From Spirochaetia bacterium (GTDB taxonomy: Bacteria > Spirochaetota > Spirochaetia > DSM-2461), in the NCBI GenBank assembly GCA_963668315.1, contig OY764216.1, positions 576,001-640,000 on the forward strand: DNA of 64,000 nucleotides. The letters run 5' to 3'. The stretch's first letter is position 1, and every line of letters begins with the position of its first letter. Made by a program: the position numbers and the translations under genes. Of this stretch, positions 18,455 to 27,794 are shown in pieces. A model generated the notes under the pieces. That model searched no databases and was not told the origin of the DNA. It saw only the letters and a list, made by a program, of their open reading frames with translations.

Positions 18455-20515
18455 TCATCCCTTTAAGGCGTAATGGAAACTCTTCCCCTTCTCCGTGAGG
18501 GAGGTACCGCTTCGTCCCGTTCCGCTCTCTATCAGGCCGTTCCGATGGAAGAGATCCAGAATCTGTCTTATCTCGTATTCAGAGACATCGCCCCCCTCGG
18601 ACAACAGGGTCTGATGCAGTCCCCTCCGGCCCATGTTTTTCCGGTTCAGAATATATAGAACCCTCTGCGCCGTCTCCCGGCTCTCCCCGTCCAGTTCCCT
18701 CAGAATGTCATCTTCTTGGTCGGACAGCGCCACATCCTCCGAAAAGGCCGTAAACGTGGGGGGCAGGTCTTCAAGGGTGAGGATCGGACCGCCCATATAA
18801 CTCATATATTCCACGCAGTTGGTCAGCTCCCGAATGTTCCCTTCCCAGGGCCACTCCTCCAGAAAACGGAGAAGTTCCGGAGAGATTTCCTTGGGGGTGT
18901 TTTTCATCTTGAGCATATGGTCTATGAGGATGGGAACGTCCCCCCTTCTATGGGAGAGCGCCGGGAGATGCAGGGAGAAAACGGTCAGCCTGTAGTAGAG
19001 GTCTTTCCGGAAGAGCCCCTCTTTCATGAGCCGGTGGAGATTCCGGTTCGTCGCGGCGATAACCCTCACATTCACGGGGATGGTTGTCGTTCCGCCGATG
19101 CGCATGACCTCCTTCTCCTGGAGAAAACGGAGCAGCTTGGCCTGTATATCCCCGGGGATTTCCCCGATCTCATCGAGGAAGACCGTTCCGTTGTGGGCCA
19201 GTTCGAAAAGCCCCTTCTTCCCCCCTTTCCGGGCATTGGTGAAAGCCCCCTCCTCATAACCGAAAAGCTCGCTCTCCAACAGTTCCCGTACCAGGGAGGC
19301 ACAGTTTATGGCGATGAAGGGCCCCTTGGCCCGTTTGGACGCGTTATGTATCGACTGGGTGAAAAGCTCCTTTCCCGTTCCGCTCTCTCCGGTAATAAGG
19401 ATATTCGCGTCGATCTGGGCCAGCTTTTTCGCCTGCTGAATGGTGTGGCGGATAACCTGACTCTCCCCTATGATATCCCTGAAGTCGTAACGGGCGATAT
19501 GACCCCGGTCGCTCAGCTGCTTTCTCAGCTGATTCTCGAGCCTCTCGATCTCGGTGACATCCTTCACGATAATTATCACGCCATAGATGAAACCGGCGGC
19601 CTTGATACGCCGTTTGGTCACAAGAATGCTCTTCTCAATCCGGGGAATACGAATCAGTTCATTCTCCAGCAGAGCCGCTCCCCTCAGACAGCCTGCAAGC
19701 TCATCATAGGGAATCACCTGACCCAGTTCGGCCCGGTAGAAATCGATGGGTTCCAGGTCCAGAATCCGCTTCATACTCTCGTTTATATGCAGAAGGCGCT
19801 CGTCCCGGTCGATCACCATGACCCCGTCGTCAATAACCTTCAGAACCACATCCCACTGGTTTCTGATCTCCGACCCGGAGCGCAGGGCGTAAACAAGTCC
19901 CTGCCCGATGGGAAGGATTCTCGAAGCATGGCTGAAGAGCCGCCGTTCCAGTTCCGTATCGAAGATCAGCAGCTTGGTGGTAATCTCCATGAGGGTGGAA
20001 AGGTCGATCACCGTCCATCCCAGGTCGATGACCCGTTTGGCCCGGGGGGGAACGTAGGAGAGAAGGCCCGCCGTAATCGCCAGGTCCAGGTCGGGGATCT
20101 GTTCCGGCTCCATATCGGGATAAACCGGCGTCAGTTCCACATTGCCGATACCCTTTTCGTAGAGCAGGGAGATAATCTCCACGGAACTGATGCGGCAGTA
20201 GTCGACAAACATGGCCCGGCTTCCGGGAGGCAGCTGTTCCAGTTCCTCAAGCTTTCCTTTGAGAAAGGTACGGGTCAGGTAGATGATTTCCACATTCTCC
20301 GGAAGATAGGGCTTAACAAAGTCATTGGCGATGGGGGATGATATGACGATCAGGTCTCCCCTGATCTCTTCCTCCAGAGGTTCCTTGACGCTGTAGCCTT
20401 CCACGTCCAGATAGCCCTTGAAGAAACTGCGCAGCTCGGCCGTATACCTCAGCTTTGCCTCCTCCTCCAGGGTGATGACCACCAGTCTCTTTAAAGAAGA
20501 TTTGCTTCTGCTCAT
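18455..20515 (-). CDS. Sigma54-dependent enhancer-binding transcriptional activator (sensory region, PAS, AAA+, C-terminal winged HTH)
   Basis: GESGTGKE, ESELFG, GAFTNA, FLDEIG, RVIAATN, FRKDLYYRL, WEGNIREL. Confidence 0.95.
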   Translation of the reverse strand: MSRSKSSLKRLVVITLEEEAKLRYTAELRSFFKGYLDVEGYSVKEPLEEEIRGDLIVISSPIANDFVKPYLPENVEIIYLTRTFLKGKLEELEQLPPGSRAMFVDYCRISSVEIISLLYEKGIGNVELTPVYPDMEPEQIPDLDLAITAGLLSYVPPRAKRVIDLGWTVIDLSTLMEITTKLLIFDTELERRLFSHASRILPIGQGLVYALRSGSEIRNQWDVVLKVIDDGVMVIDRDERLLHINESMKRILDLEPIDFYRAELGQVIPYDELAGCLRGAALLENELIRIPRIEKSILVTKRRIKAAGFIYGVIIIVKDVTEIERLENQLRKQLSDRGHIARYDFRDIIGESQVIRHTIQQAKKLAQIDANILITGESGTGKELFTQSIHNASKRAKGPFIAINCASLVRELLESELFGYEEGAFTNARKGGKKGLFELAHNGTVFLDEIGEIPGDIQAKLLRFLQEKEVMRIGGTTTIPVNVRVIAATNRNLHRLMKEGLFRKDLYYRLTVFSLHLPALSHRRGDVPILIDHMLKMKNTPKEISPELLRFLEEWPWEGNIRELTNCVEYMSYMGGPILTLEDLPPTFTAFSEDVALSDQEDDILRELDGESRETAQRVLYILNRKNMGRRGLHQTLLSEGGDVSEYEIRQILDLFHRNGLIESGTGRSGTSLTEKGKSFHYALKG

Positions 20516-20518
20516 AGC

Positions 20519-21355
20519 CTATTCTACCCCAACTTCGCCTTTGTATAAAGAAGCCGGCCCTCCATGGTTTCTATTCTCCCGGGGCGGCCGGCCCGTACGT
20601 GCCTGTACCAGGCGGGAAAAGTAAGCCGGGTCGCGGAACCCGCAGCGCCAGGCGATCTCGGAGACCTGCAGCAGTGAATCCCTGAGGAGGGATAACCCCG
20701 TCTTAAGCCTGAGCTCCCTGAGAAAATCCGAAGGGCTCTGCCCCGTTTCAGCGGTAAATATCCGGGAGAGTACGGAACGGTGCAGTCCCGCTTCCCGGGC
20801 CAGACGATTGATATCATAGGAGGGATTGCTGAAATTCTCCCGTATCAGCCGCTTCACCAGTTCGACCCGCCGATCGCTCCCCTTTTCGGCCGTCGGAATA
20901 TCGACTTCGCTCAGCAGAGCCATGACAAGGGAGAGGGCTTTCTTCTGGGAAGCGAAAGATCCGTCGCCCACCAGGGATTTGAGCAGGCGGAACGACTCCC
21001 GGGACAATCCGGAGCAGGCATAGCAGCCGGCGGTTAATCCGTACCAGTCCAGGGGGCTGTCGCAATCCTTCCCGTCAAGGGTGAACCAGTAATATTCCCA
21101 GTCGCCCGAAAGGGCGGTGAGGTCATGCTCGATTCCCGCCGGCAGGACAACAAGGGTATTTTTCTCGGCCAGATATTCCCTTCCCGAATGGAGAAAGCGC
21201 CCCTCCCCCTCGAAGGTATACCAGACCTCGGTGAAGTAGCGGGGAGTAAACTGCTCGCTCCAGCCTCTCTTGACCCGGTAGTGGCCGGTACTGCGTATTC
21301 CAAAGGGCAGAGAAGAGGCGGGAGCATCGGTGGGACGGTAGGTTAAATCCATCAT
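20519..21355 (-). CDS. AraC-family transcriptional regulator
   Basis: N-terminal cupin domain; C-terminal double HTH with IAWRCGFRDPAYFSR. Divergent from the GH2 gene. Confidence 0.93.
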   Translation of the reverse strand: MMDLTYRPTDAPASSLPFGIRSTGHYRVKRGWSEQFTPRYFTEVWYTFEGEGRFLHSGREYLAEKNTLVVLPAGIEHDLTALSGDWEYYWFTLDGKDCDSPLDWYGLTAGCYACSGLSRESFRLLKSLVGDGSFASQKKALSLVMALLSEVDIPTAEKGSDRRVELVKRLIRENFSNPSYDINRLAREAGLHRSVLSRIFTAETGQSPSDFLRELRLKTGLSLLRDSLLQVSEIAWRCGFRDPAYFSRLVQARTGRPPRENRNHGGPASLYKGEVGVE

Positions 21356-21476
21356 AACATGTCACCAGTATCCAAATATTACTACATATTTCCGATTTTA
21401 TCCTGCTGTTTCAGCACTAAAATATAATTTCACAGGTGCAGCCCATTGCTCGCCTATGCATCCAAAGGAGACCATA

Positions 21477-23174
21477 ATGAAAACATATCCCCATTTTCCT
21501 AAAAGAAACGACCGCTGCCTCGACGGCATCTGGGATTTCACCTTTCTCGGTGAAGACTGCGATCTGAATACCATCGATATCAAGGGAGCCGGTTTTACCG
21601 GAAAAGCCACCGTTCCCGGCTGTTTCGATACGGTTCTGCCCTTGACGGGAAAAAGGGGAACGGCTCTCTACCGCACCTCTTTCGACCTGACTCCGGGAAA
21701 AGCGGGGGAGCTGCGATTCCGCGGACTGGGACTGTGGTGCCGCGTCTATGTCGACGGCGAAGCTCTATTCGAAGGGGCCTACCCCTACAGCGGATTCACC
21801 GTGGCCGTCCCCGCCTCCGACAAGAGGGAAAGAGTCCTGACAGTGGCCATAGACAACCGTTTTGACTTTGACCGGGTCCCCCTTATGGAACAGTACTTCG
21901 ACTTCTACGGCTACGGCGGGATTTACCGCTCCGTGGAGATCAGCGAACTTCCCGGAAAGCCCCTGAGACGCCTGGAAGTGACAACCATCGATCCGGCGGC
22001 GGGTAAAATCAGCCTGAATCTGAGAACCGCCTACGAAACAGCGGAATCCTCAATTTCGGCCGAAGTAACCGTGGAGGGCAAAAAACAAACGGTGGCCCTC
22101 AAAAAGGGAAGCGACGGCTATACCGCAGAAATGACCCTGCCCGGGCTCTCCCCGTGGAGCCCCTCCTCTCCGGCGCTGCACGAGATCAGCCTGGAAACGG
22201 CGGAGGACCTTATCACCGAACGGTTCGGCCTGAGAAAAATCACCACCGAGCAGGGACAGGTAAAAATCAACGGGGAACCGGTTAAGCTCCTCGGCTACTG
22301 CCGCCACGAATCCCATCCCCAGTACGGCCCCTGCCTTCCCCTTCAGCAGCTGCTGCAGGACCTTCATATCCTGAGGGACATGGGATGCAATTTTATCCGG
22401 GGAAGCCACTACCCCCAGGATCCCCGCTTTCTCGACCTGTGCGACGAAATGGGCTTCATGGTCTGGGAGGAGAGTATCGGCTGGGGTCAGAGGGAAAAAT
22501 CCTTCTCCAGCAGCAAATTCCACGAGCAGCAGGTCCACCAGACCCGGCTCATGGTGGAGAACAGCTACAACCACCCCTCGGTCGTCATGTGGGGCTTTTT
22601 GAACGAAGGGGCCAGTAACGAGGAGTATGCCCGCCCCCTGTACGAAGATCTTTTCAAGACCATCAGGGAGAAAGACAAGAGCCGCCCCGTGACCTACGCT
22701 TCCATGTTCCCCTTCGACGATCTTTTCTTTGATCAGGCGGATATCGTCAGCATCAACCAGTACCCCGGCTGGTACGCCCAGGGCGAATCGACCCGCCCCC
22801 TCGAGGAAGTCCCCGCCGAACTGGACAAATACCGCGAGATGGCCAAAGCGAAGGGGCTGGCCGATAAGCCCATGATCATTTCGGAAATGGGGGCGGGCGC
22901 CTTCTACGGATGGCGCGATCCCCATCATGCCCACTGGAGCGAAGAGTACCAGGCCGATTACCTGGACCAGCTGACCCGGGAGATCACCACCCGGGAAGAT
23001 TACAGCGGCGTCTCCCTCTGGCAGTTCTGCGACAGCCGGACCTATGACAACAAATACGCCCTGGGCCGGCCCCGGGGATTCAACAACAAGGGCACGGTGG
23101 ACGAATACCGCCGTCCCAAAATGGCCTACGACCGGGTCAAGGCCAATTTCCTCGGCTACGCCAGAAAAGGGTAA
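21477..23174 (+). CDS. Glycoside hydrolase family 2, beta-glucuronidase/galacturonidase-like
   Basis: RHE, RGSHYP, WGFLNE (acid/base), ISEMG (nucleophile), NNKG (N-x-K-G); no signal peptide. Start 21477 has SD AAGGAG. Confidence 0.92.
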   Translation: MKTYPHFPKRNDRCLDGIWDFTFLGEDCDLNTIDIKGAGFTGKATVPGCFDTVLPLTGKRGTALYRTSFDLTPGKAGELRFRGLGLWCRVYVDGEALFEGAYPYSGFTVAVPASDKRERVLTVAIDNRFDFDRVPLMEQYFDFYGYGGIYRSVEISELPGKPLRRLEVTTIDPAAGKISLNLRTAYETAESSISAEVTVEGKKQTVALKKGSDGYTAEMTLPGLSPWSPSSPALHEISLETAEDLITERFGLRKITTEQGQVKINGEPVKLLGYCRHESHPQYGPCLPLQQLLQDLHILRDMGCNFIRGSHYPQDPRFLDLCDEMGFMVWEESIGWGQREKSFSSSKFHEQQVHQTRLMVENSYNHPSVVMWGFLNEGASNEEYARPLYEDLFKTIREKDKSRPVTYASMFPFDDLFFDQADIVSINQYPGWYAQGESTRPLEEVPAELDKYREMAKAKGLADKPMIISEMGAGAFYGWRDPHHAHWSEEYQADYLDQLTREITTREDYSGVSLWQFCDSRTYDNKYALGRPRGFNNKGTVDEYRRPKMAYDRVKANFLGYARKG

Positions 23175-24125
23175 TCAGAAGGCCCGGGCGATTCTCTCCC
23201 TGTCCTCGCCGGACAGGAGGATTTCCCCGCCGCGGATCACGCCGTCCACCTGGTCCTCTCTGCGCATTCCCACGATCGCCGCGGTTATGGCGGAGTGGCA
23301 CAGAGTCCAGGCTATGGCGACTTCCGCGGCGGTACAGCCCTTCTCAACGGCGATCTCACCCATCGCGGCGGCGATACGCAGATTGGCCGACAGCTTCGGT
23401 TCGGTAAAAAGCTCGTGGGTTTTACGCCAGTCCCCCTCATCCATAGCCTCGATCCTCTCCCGGTTCATCCTGCCGGTAAGCAGCCCCGAGCCCATGGGGG
23501 AGTAAACAATCACGCCGATACCGTTTTTTTCACAATAGGGCAGGATTTCCTCTTCCGCTTCCCTTCTGACGGCGCTGTAAGGGGGCTGCATGCTGGTCAG
23601 GGGAGCGATGTCCCTGATGTTTTCCAGCTGGGCGACGGAAAAATTGGAAACCCCCAAATAGCGGACCTTCCCCTCTTTCTGCAGACGGTACATCGCCTCA
23701 TAGGCCTCCTCTTCCCGGCCTTCCGCCTCGTTGGCGGGGGGCCAGTGGATCTGATACAGATCGATGACGTCAAGCTGCAGACGGCGCAGGCTGTCCTCGG
23801 CTTCCTTAATGACATTGGCCGCTTTGTAATTGTTGACCGTATTTCCCTGCTCGTCCCAGGTGCGGGTACACTTGGTAAAGACATAGGGTTTGCGGCCGGT
23901 CATTTTCAAGGCCTTCCCCACCACTTCTTCCCCGTGGCCCAGCCCGTAAATGGCGGCCGTATCGATCCAGTTGATGCCCCGGTCAAGGGCTTTGTGTATC
24001 GTCCGGAACGAATCGTCATCATCCTGGTGGCCCCACCCGCGGGCCCAATCCCCGCCTATGGCCCAGGTTCCCAGTCCCATCCGGGTTATCTCAAGGTCGC
24101 TGTTTCCCAATTTCGCTGTGTTCAT
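23175..24125 (-). CDS. Aldo/keto reductase
   Basis: GLGTWAIGG, DTAAIYG, DLYQIHWP, GVSNF, YSPMGSGLL. Confidence 0.95.
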   Translation of the reverse strand: MNTAKLGNSDLEITRMGLGTWAIGGDWARGWGHQDDDDSFRTIHKALDRGINWIDTAAIYGLGHGEEVVGKALKMTGRKPYVFTKCTRTWDEQGNTVNNYKAANVIKEAEDSLRRLQLDVIDLYQIHWPPANEAEGREEEAYEAMYRLQKEGKVRYLGVSNFSVAQLENIRDIAPLTSMQPPYSAVRREAEEEILPYCEKNGIGVIVYSPMGSGLLTGRMNRERIEAMDEGDWRKTHELFTEPKLSANLRIAAAMGEIAVEKGCTAAEVAIAWTLCHSAITAAIVGMRREDQVDGVIRGGEILLSGEDRERIARAF

Positions 24126-24160
24126 AATTCTCTTCTCCCGATGGCAGTTTTAAATAGTGT

Positions 24161-24841
24161 TCAAGCCAGATCCCTGATACGTACTTCGGGGGCTCCCTTC
24201 CTGTCAAGCAGACGGACAATCTCTCCCGTGTCGGTATCACCGTAGTGGTAGGGAATCAGAATATCCGGGCCGATGACTGTCGCCGCGTGGGCGGCCTGGG
24301 CGGGTGTCATGGTATAGGGCTGATTCACGGGAAGGAAAGCTAGGGAGATGTCAGACAGGTTTTCCATTTCGGGAATGACTTCCGTATCTCCCGCCACATA
24401 AACCTTCCTGTCTCCGAAAGTCAGCACATAGCCGTTATCCCGCCCCCGGGGATGAAAACGCTCATGTCCCTCCGTCGTATTATAGGCCGGCACGGCCTGG
24501 ACATCCACGCCGAAAAGAGAGACCTCCTCCCCGTTGTTCATAACCCGTACCGCCGGGCCGTAGTCTCCCGTTGCGGCCGATTCACCGTTCATCACAAGAA
24601 CGGTGTTTTCGCTTCTCAGCTTTTCTATCGCCCGCGGATCCAGGTGATCCCTGTGGCTGTGGGTGATCAGAATAATATCCGCCTTCTCCCAGGTCTCGTA
24701 ATCGGTATATTCCGAGACGGGATCCACATGAATGTTCAAGCCGTCCCAGTTCATAGCCAGCGTACCATGGGCCACATAGGTAATCTGCAAGACCCCTGAA
24801 TCCGTCTGAAATTCATCTGTTGTAAAATCGTCTTTACCCAT
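24161..24841 (-). CDS. Metallo-beta-lactamase-fold hydrolase
   Basis: THSHRDH (HxHxDH), AGDT, PYHY. Start 24841 has a GGGAG SD; 24865 is the alternative. Confidence 0.9.
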   Translation of the reverse strand: MGKDDFTTDEFQTDSGVLQITYVAHGTLAMNWDGLNIHVDPVSEYTDYETWEKADIILITHSHRDHLDPRAIEKLRSENTVLVMNGESAATGDYGPAVRVMNNGEEVSLFGVDVQAVPAYNTTEGHERFHPRGRDNGYVLTFGDRKVYVAGDTEVIPEMENLSDISLAFLPVNQPYTMTPAQAAHAATVIGPDILIPYHYGDTDTGEIVRLLDRKGAPEVRIRDLA

Positions 24842-24928
24842 TTTTTCTCCCTTCTCCTCCATCATAAACCCATCCGTTCCCTTTCCTCAACGTTTATAAG
24901 AGATAAAACAGACATCCCGGTCCCGGGT

Positions 24929-24956
24929 AAAAAAAACGGGCCCCGAAAGGCCCGTT
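24929..24956 (-). terminator. Rho-independent terminator
   Basis: Minus strand AACGGGCC-TTTCGG-GGCCCGTT followed by a T tract; contains a UUCG loop. Confidence 0.85.
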
Positions 24957-24975
24957 AAATTATAATCAAATAAAT

Positions 24976-25074
24976 TTAGAATGTTTGTCCTATATCCAAT
25001 CCAACTTCAGTAAATAAAACATCACCTCCCCCATACAGATCATCACGATAGCTACTTACCAAGAATAAAACCAT
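24976..25074 (-). CDS. Putative 32-aa small protein MVLFLVSSYRDDLYGGGDVLFTEVGLDIGQTF (or an sRNA)
   Basis: Below the ORF-track cutoff. Lies between a sigma70-like promoter and a terminator; SD AAGGAGG 13 nt upstream, which is a long spacing. Confidence 0.4.
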   Translation of the reverse strand: MVLFLVSSYRDDLYGGGDVLFTEVGLDIGQTF

Positions 25075-25113
25075 TGTATAGTGTGTTCCTCCTTACATTG
25101 TTAGGATATCTTA

Positions 25114-25142
25114 ACCATACTGCAATAATTCCGATAAATCAA
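25114..25142 (-). promoter_or_regulatory. Sigma70-like promoter of the small transcription unit
   Basis: TTGATT-N17-TATGGT on the minus strand. Confidence 0.55.
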
Positions 25143-25207
25143 GAAAAATCGACCGGTTTTTGAAAAAAAACTTTTCCCCTCAATTCCGGGGCTGGTCATG
25201 GATCTGC

Positions 25208-26446
25208 CTAATCGTCTACCGAAAGTCCTATATGATGGCCGTAAAGGGCCAGCCCCTTTGATATGCTGTAGAAATGGTCCTTGTCGAAAAAAATATCCTC
25301 CCTATCGGAAAAGAAGTCCAGGAAAGACCTGTTTCGGGAAGATCCTCCGGTAAGAATGATCTTATCGGGAGTCATGTCCCTTTCTTCGGCAAACTCTCTG
25401 ATTCGGTTAAGTCCCTGCAGTATTCCGTCCCGGATTCCGCCGGTAAGGGAAATATACTCATCCAGGCGGAACTCTACGGGCCGATCGTCAAGATGATATG
25501 TGCACCTGTCACTTTCTGTCAGGCCGTGTTTGGTCTTCTTGAGACCTTCCAGGATATCAAAGGATTGCCTTTCGCTGATAACCTTAAAAAGTCTTTCCAC
25601 TCCTTCGGGATCGCTTGATCCGTATCGGTAATCGTGAAATTCAGCGTTCAGCTCCTTTTTATCTTTCATTATGAAATTATTCCACCGGCATAAATGGTTA
25701 TAGATATGGACCGGGATGGCCATTCTTTTTCCATAGGATTCATAGGTTGCGCCCATGGCGAGGAAAGGACAGATCTTCCTGAGCATCATCACTTCGTCAA
25801 AATGATCGCCTCCCATATCCACACCGTCCAGCTTTTCGACTCTATATCTTTCGACACCCGTTCCGGACGGGTGATGGGAAATCAGAGAGTAGTCCGATGT
25901 TCCCCCCCCGTAATCCATAATAAGAAAGGAGCTGTCCTCTTCGCTCAGTTCCTCTTCAAAGCAGTAGGACGCGGCGATCGGTTCCTCCAGAAAGGAAAGA
26001 TTACGAAAACGAGCCTGGCGGAATCCTTCTTTCAGGCGATGAAAGGCCAGCTTGTCATCCTCTTCAATTAATGAGAATCTGACTGGTCTGCCAACCGCAG
26101 CATTCTCCACGGAGATTCCCCATCTGTCATAAATCCTTTTCCTCAATTCCTCCAGGAACAGGGCGACCAGATCCTCCATTGTGATATCTCTGTTATTAAT
26201 TCTTGTTTTGGTGAATCCCGAATCACTGAGAGATCTCTTCAGGGAATGAATGTACCGTCCCGCCTTTTTCTCTTTGAAAGCTTCGAGGGCGCTTGTACCA
26301 ATGATGACCTGATGTATACCGTCCCGTTCAAGTGGTATAAACAGAGCCGTTGGAATGGAAAAAAAATCTATGATCTGACCTTCTCTTCCTGCCAATGATA
26401 CAACTGTATTGGTGGTACCGAAATCGATACCGCAGTAAACGTTCAT
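25208..26446 (-). CDS. Hsp70-family protein, YegD-like (nucleotide-binding domain only)
   Basis: GIDFGTTNT, GRPVRF, EEPIAA, DYGGGTSD, LTGGSS; 412 aa with no substrate-binding domain. Confidence 0.9.
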   Translation of the reverse strand: MNVYCGIDFGTTNTVVSLAGREGQIIDFFSIPTALFIPLERDGIHQVIIGTSALEAFKEKKAGRYIHSLKRSLSDSGFTKTRINNRDITMEDLVALFLEELRKRIYDRWGISVENAAVGRPVRFSLIEEDDKLAFHRLKEGFRQARFRNLSFLEEPIAASYCFEEELSEEDSSFLIMDYGGGTSDYSLISHHPSGTGVERYRVEKLDGVDMGGDHFDEVMMLRKICPFLAMGATYESYGKRMAIPVHIYNHLCRWNNFIMKDKKELNAEFHDYRYGSSDPEGVERLFKVISERQSFDILEGLKKTKHGLTESDRCTYHLDDRPVEFRLDEYISLTGGIRDGILQGLNRIREFAEERDMTPDKIILTGGSSRNRSFLDFFSDREDIFFDKDHFYSISKGLALYGHHIGLSVDD

Positions 26447-26471
26447 AAACTGTGCTCCTAGGGGGGAGGGA

Positions 26472-26500
26472 ATTATAGATTATCGATTTCAATAAAGCAA
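26472..26500 (-). promoter_or_regulatory. Sigma70-like promoter of the Hsp70-like gene
   Basis: TTGCTT-N17-TATAAT on the minus strand, followed by SD AGGAG. Confidence 0.7.
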
Positions 26501-26550
26501 GTCAGGTCCTCTGGTTTGTACCCAGGAGTGCCAATTCTCCACTATATAAG

Positions 26551-26576
26551 AAAAAAGCCGCCTCTCACGAGGCGGC
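26551..26576 (-). terminator. Rho-independent terminator of the CUT2 ABC operon
   Basis: GCCGCCTC-N4-GAGGCGGC followed by T6 on the minus strand. Confidence 0.85.
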
Positions 26577-26603
26577 CCGTATCACCTAAGTGATAAATAT
26601 CTC

Positions 26604-27695
26604 TCAGTCGTAAAGCAGTCCGGAGATGTCCGCATTGTCCATATTGTCCTTGTTGTAGAACTTGGCGCCCGTATCAACATCGGATACGGATTTTCCCTCA
26701 TAGGCCATGAAAGCCAGCTCAACGGCCTTGTAGCCGATGGAATAGGGATCCTGGGTGATAGAACCGAGAAAGTACTCTTTTCTTACGGCGTTTTTCTGAC
26801 CTTCACCGGCATCAAAACCCATGGCGATAAGACCGGGGTACTTGGAGGGAAGATCGGCACCGTCGTTCGTGGCGGCCAGAAGGCCCTTAACCGTTGCTTC
26901 GTTGGAACAGAAGATACCAAGAACATTGGCTTCTTTCACTTTGTTAAGCACGGCGGAGGCGGCTGCCATGGCGTCGGTATTGGCGGCGGAAGCGGGAACG
27001 ACCATATCGATCATCACTTTCTTTCCGCTGGTGGGGTTGGAGCTGTCCACGTAACCGGGGTTGCCCATAACCTTGATGTCGCTTTCATTCAGGGACGTAT
27101 TCTTAACGATCAGATCCACCATGGTGTCTCTGAAACCTCTACCGCGGCTGAGGAGAGACTCACCGGAAGCATCCTGGTTCATAACCACGATGGTAACAGG
27201 CTTGGCATCGGTGGCAGCTTCGATATCGCTCTTGATGACTTCGAACATCTTCTGGGCGGCCAGACCGGCGGCGTTGAAGTTATCCGTGGAAGCATTGGCA
27301 TAGATAGCACCGGCAGGAGCATTGGGTACGCCGGAGTCAAAGCCGATAACGGGGATACCCTTATCTTTACACTCCTGGAGCTGATCCATAACGGAGGTGG
27401 TATCCAGGGCAGCCAGAGCGATGGCTACGGGAGCCTTGGCCATGGCGTTATTCAGCATTTCCACCTGAATCTGCACATCACTTTCACTGGGCGGCCCTTC
27501 AAAGGTTACATCGACGCCGTATTTCTCGGCCGCATCCATGGAACCAAGTTTAACCTGCTGCCAGAAGTCGTGCTGCTCACCCTTGGAAACAACGGCGATA
27601 TAGGGTTTGCTCTCCCCACCGCCATTGGCAAAGGCGCCGAAGCTTACGGCTACAAGAACGATTAACAGAATCGCAATCTTCTTTCCAACCTTCAT
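26604..27695 (-). CDS. Sugar ABC transporter substrate-binding protein (CUT2, RbsB-like)
   Basis: Signal peptide ending AFA-NG; FWQQVK, GFDSG, TDN, QDPYSIGY. Confidence 0.93.
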   Translation of the reverse strand: MKVGKKIAILLIVLVAVSFGAFANGGGESKPYIAVVSKGEQHDFWQQVKLGSMDAAEKYGVDVTFEGPPSESDVQIQVEMLNNAMAKAPVAIALAALDTTSVMDQLQECKDKGIPVIGFDSGVPNAPAGAIYANASTDNFNAAGLAAQKMFEVIKSDIEAATDAKPVTIVVMNQDASGESLLSRGRGFRDTMVDLIVKNTSLNESDIKVMGNPGYVDSSNPTSGKKVMIDMVVPASAANTDAMAAASAVLNKVKEANVLGIFCSNEATVKGLLAATNDGADLPSKYPGLIAMGFDAGEGQKNAVRKEYFLGSITQDPYSIGYKAVELAFMAYEGKSVSDVDTGAKFYNKDNMDNADISGLLYD

Positions 27696-27794
27696 AAAAT
27701 TACTCCTATATTTCTCCCGGATTGAAATTGCCCCAAAGGACTACCGGGATAAATGCCTTGTATACGTCCGGGAGAACCGCCCGGAGCCTATGTT

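Noticed and set aside
24161..24841. MBL protein as a beta-lactamase resistance gene
   Set aside because: No signal peptide; it resembles generic cytoplasmic Zn-dependent hydrolases.
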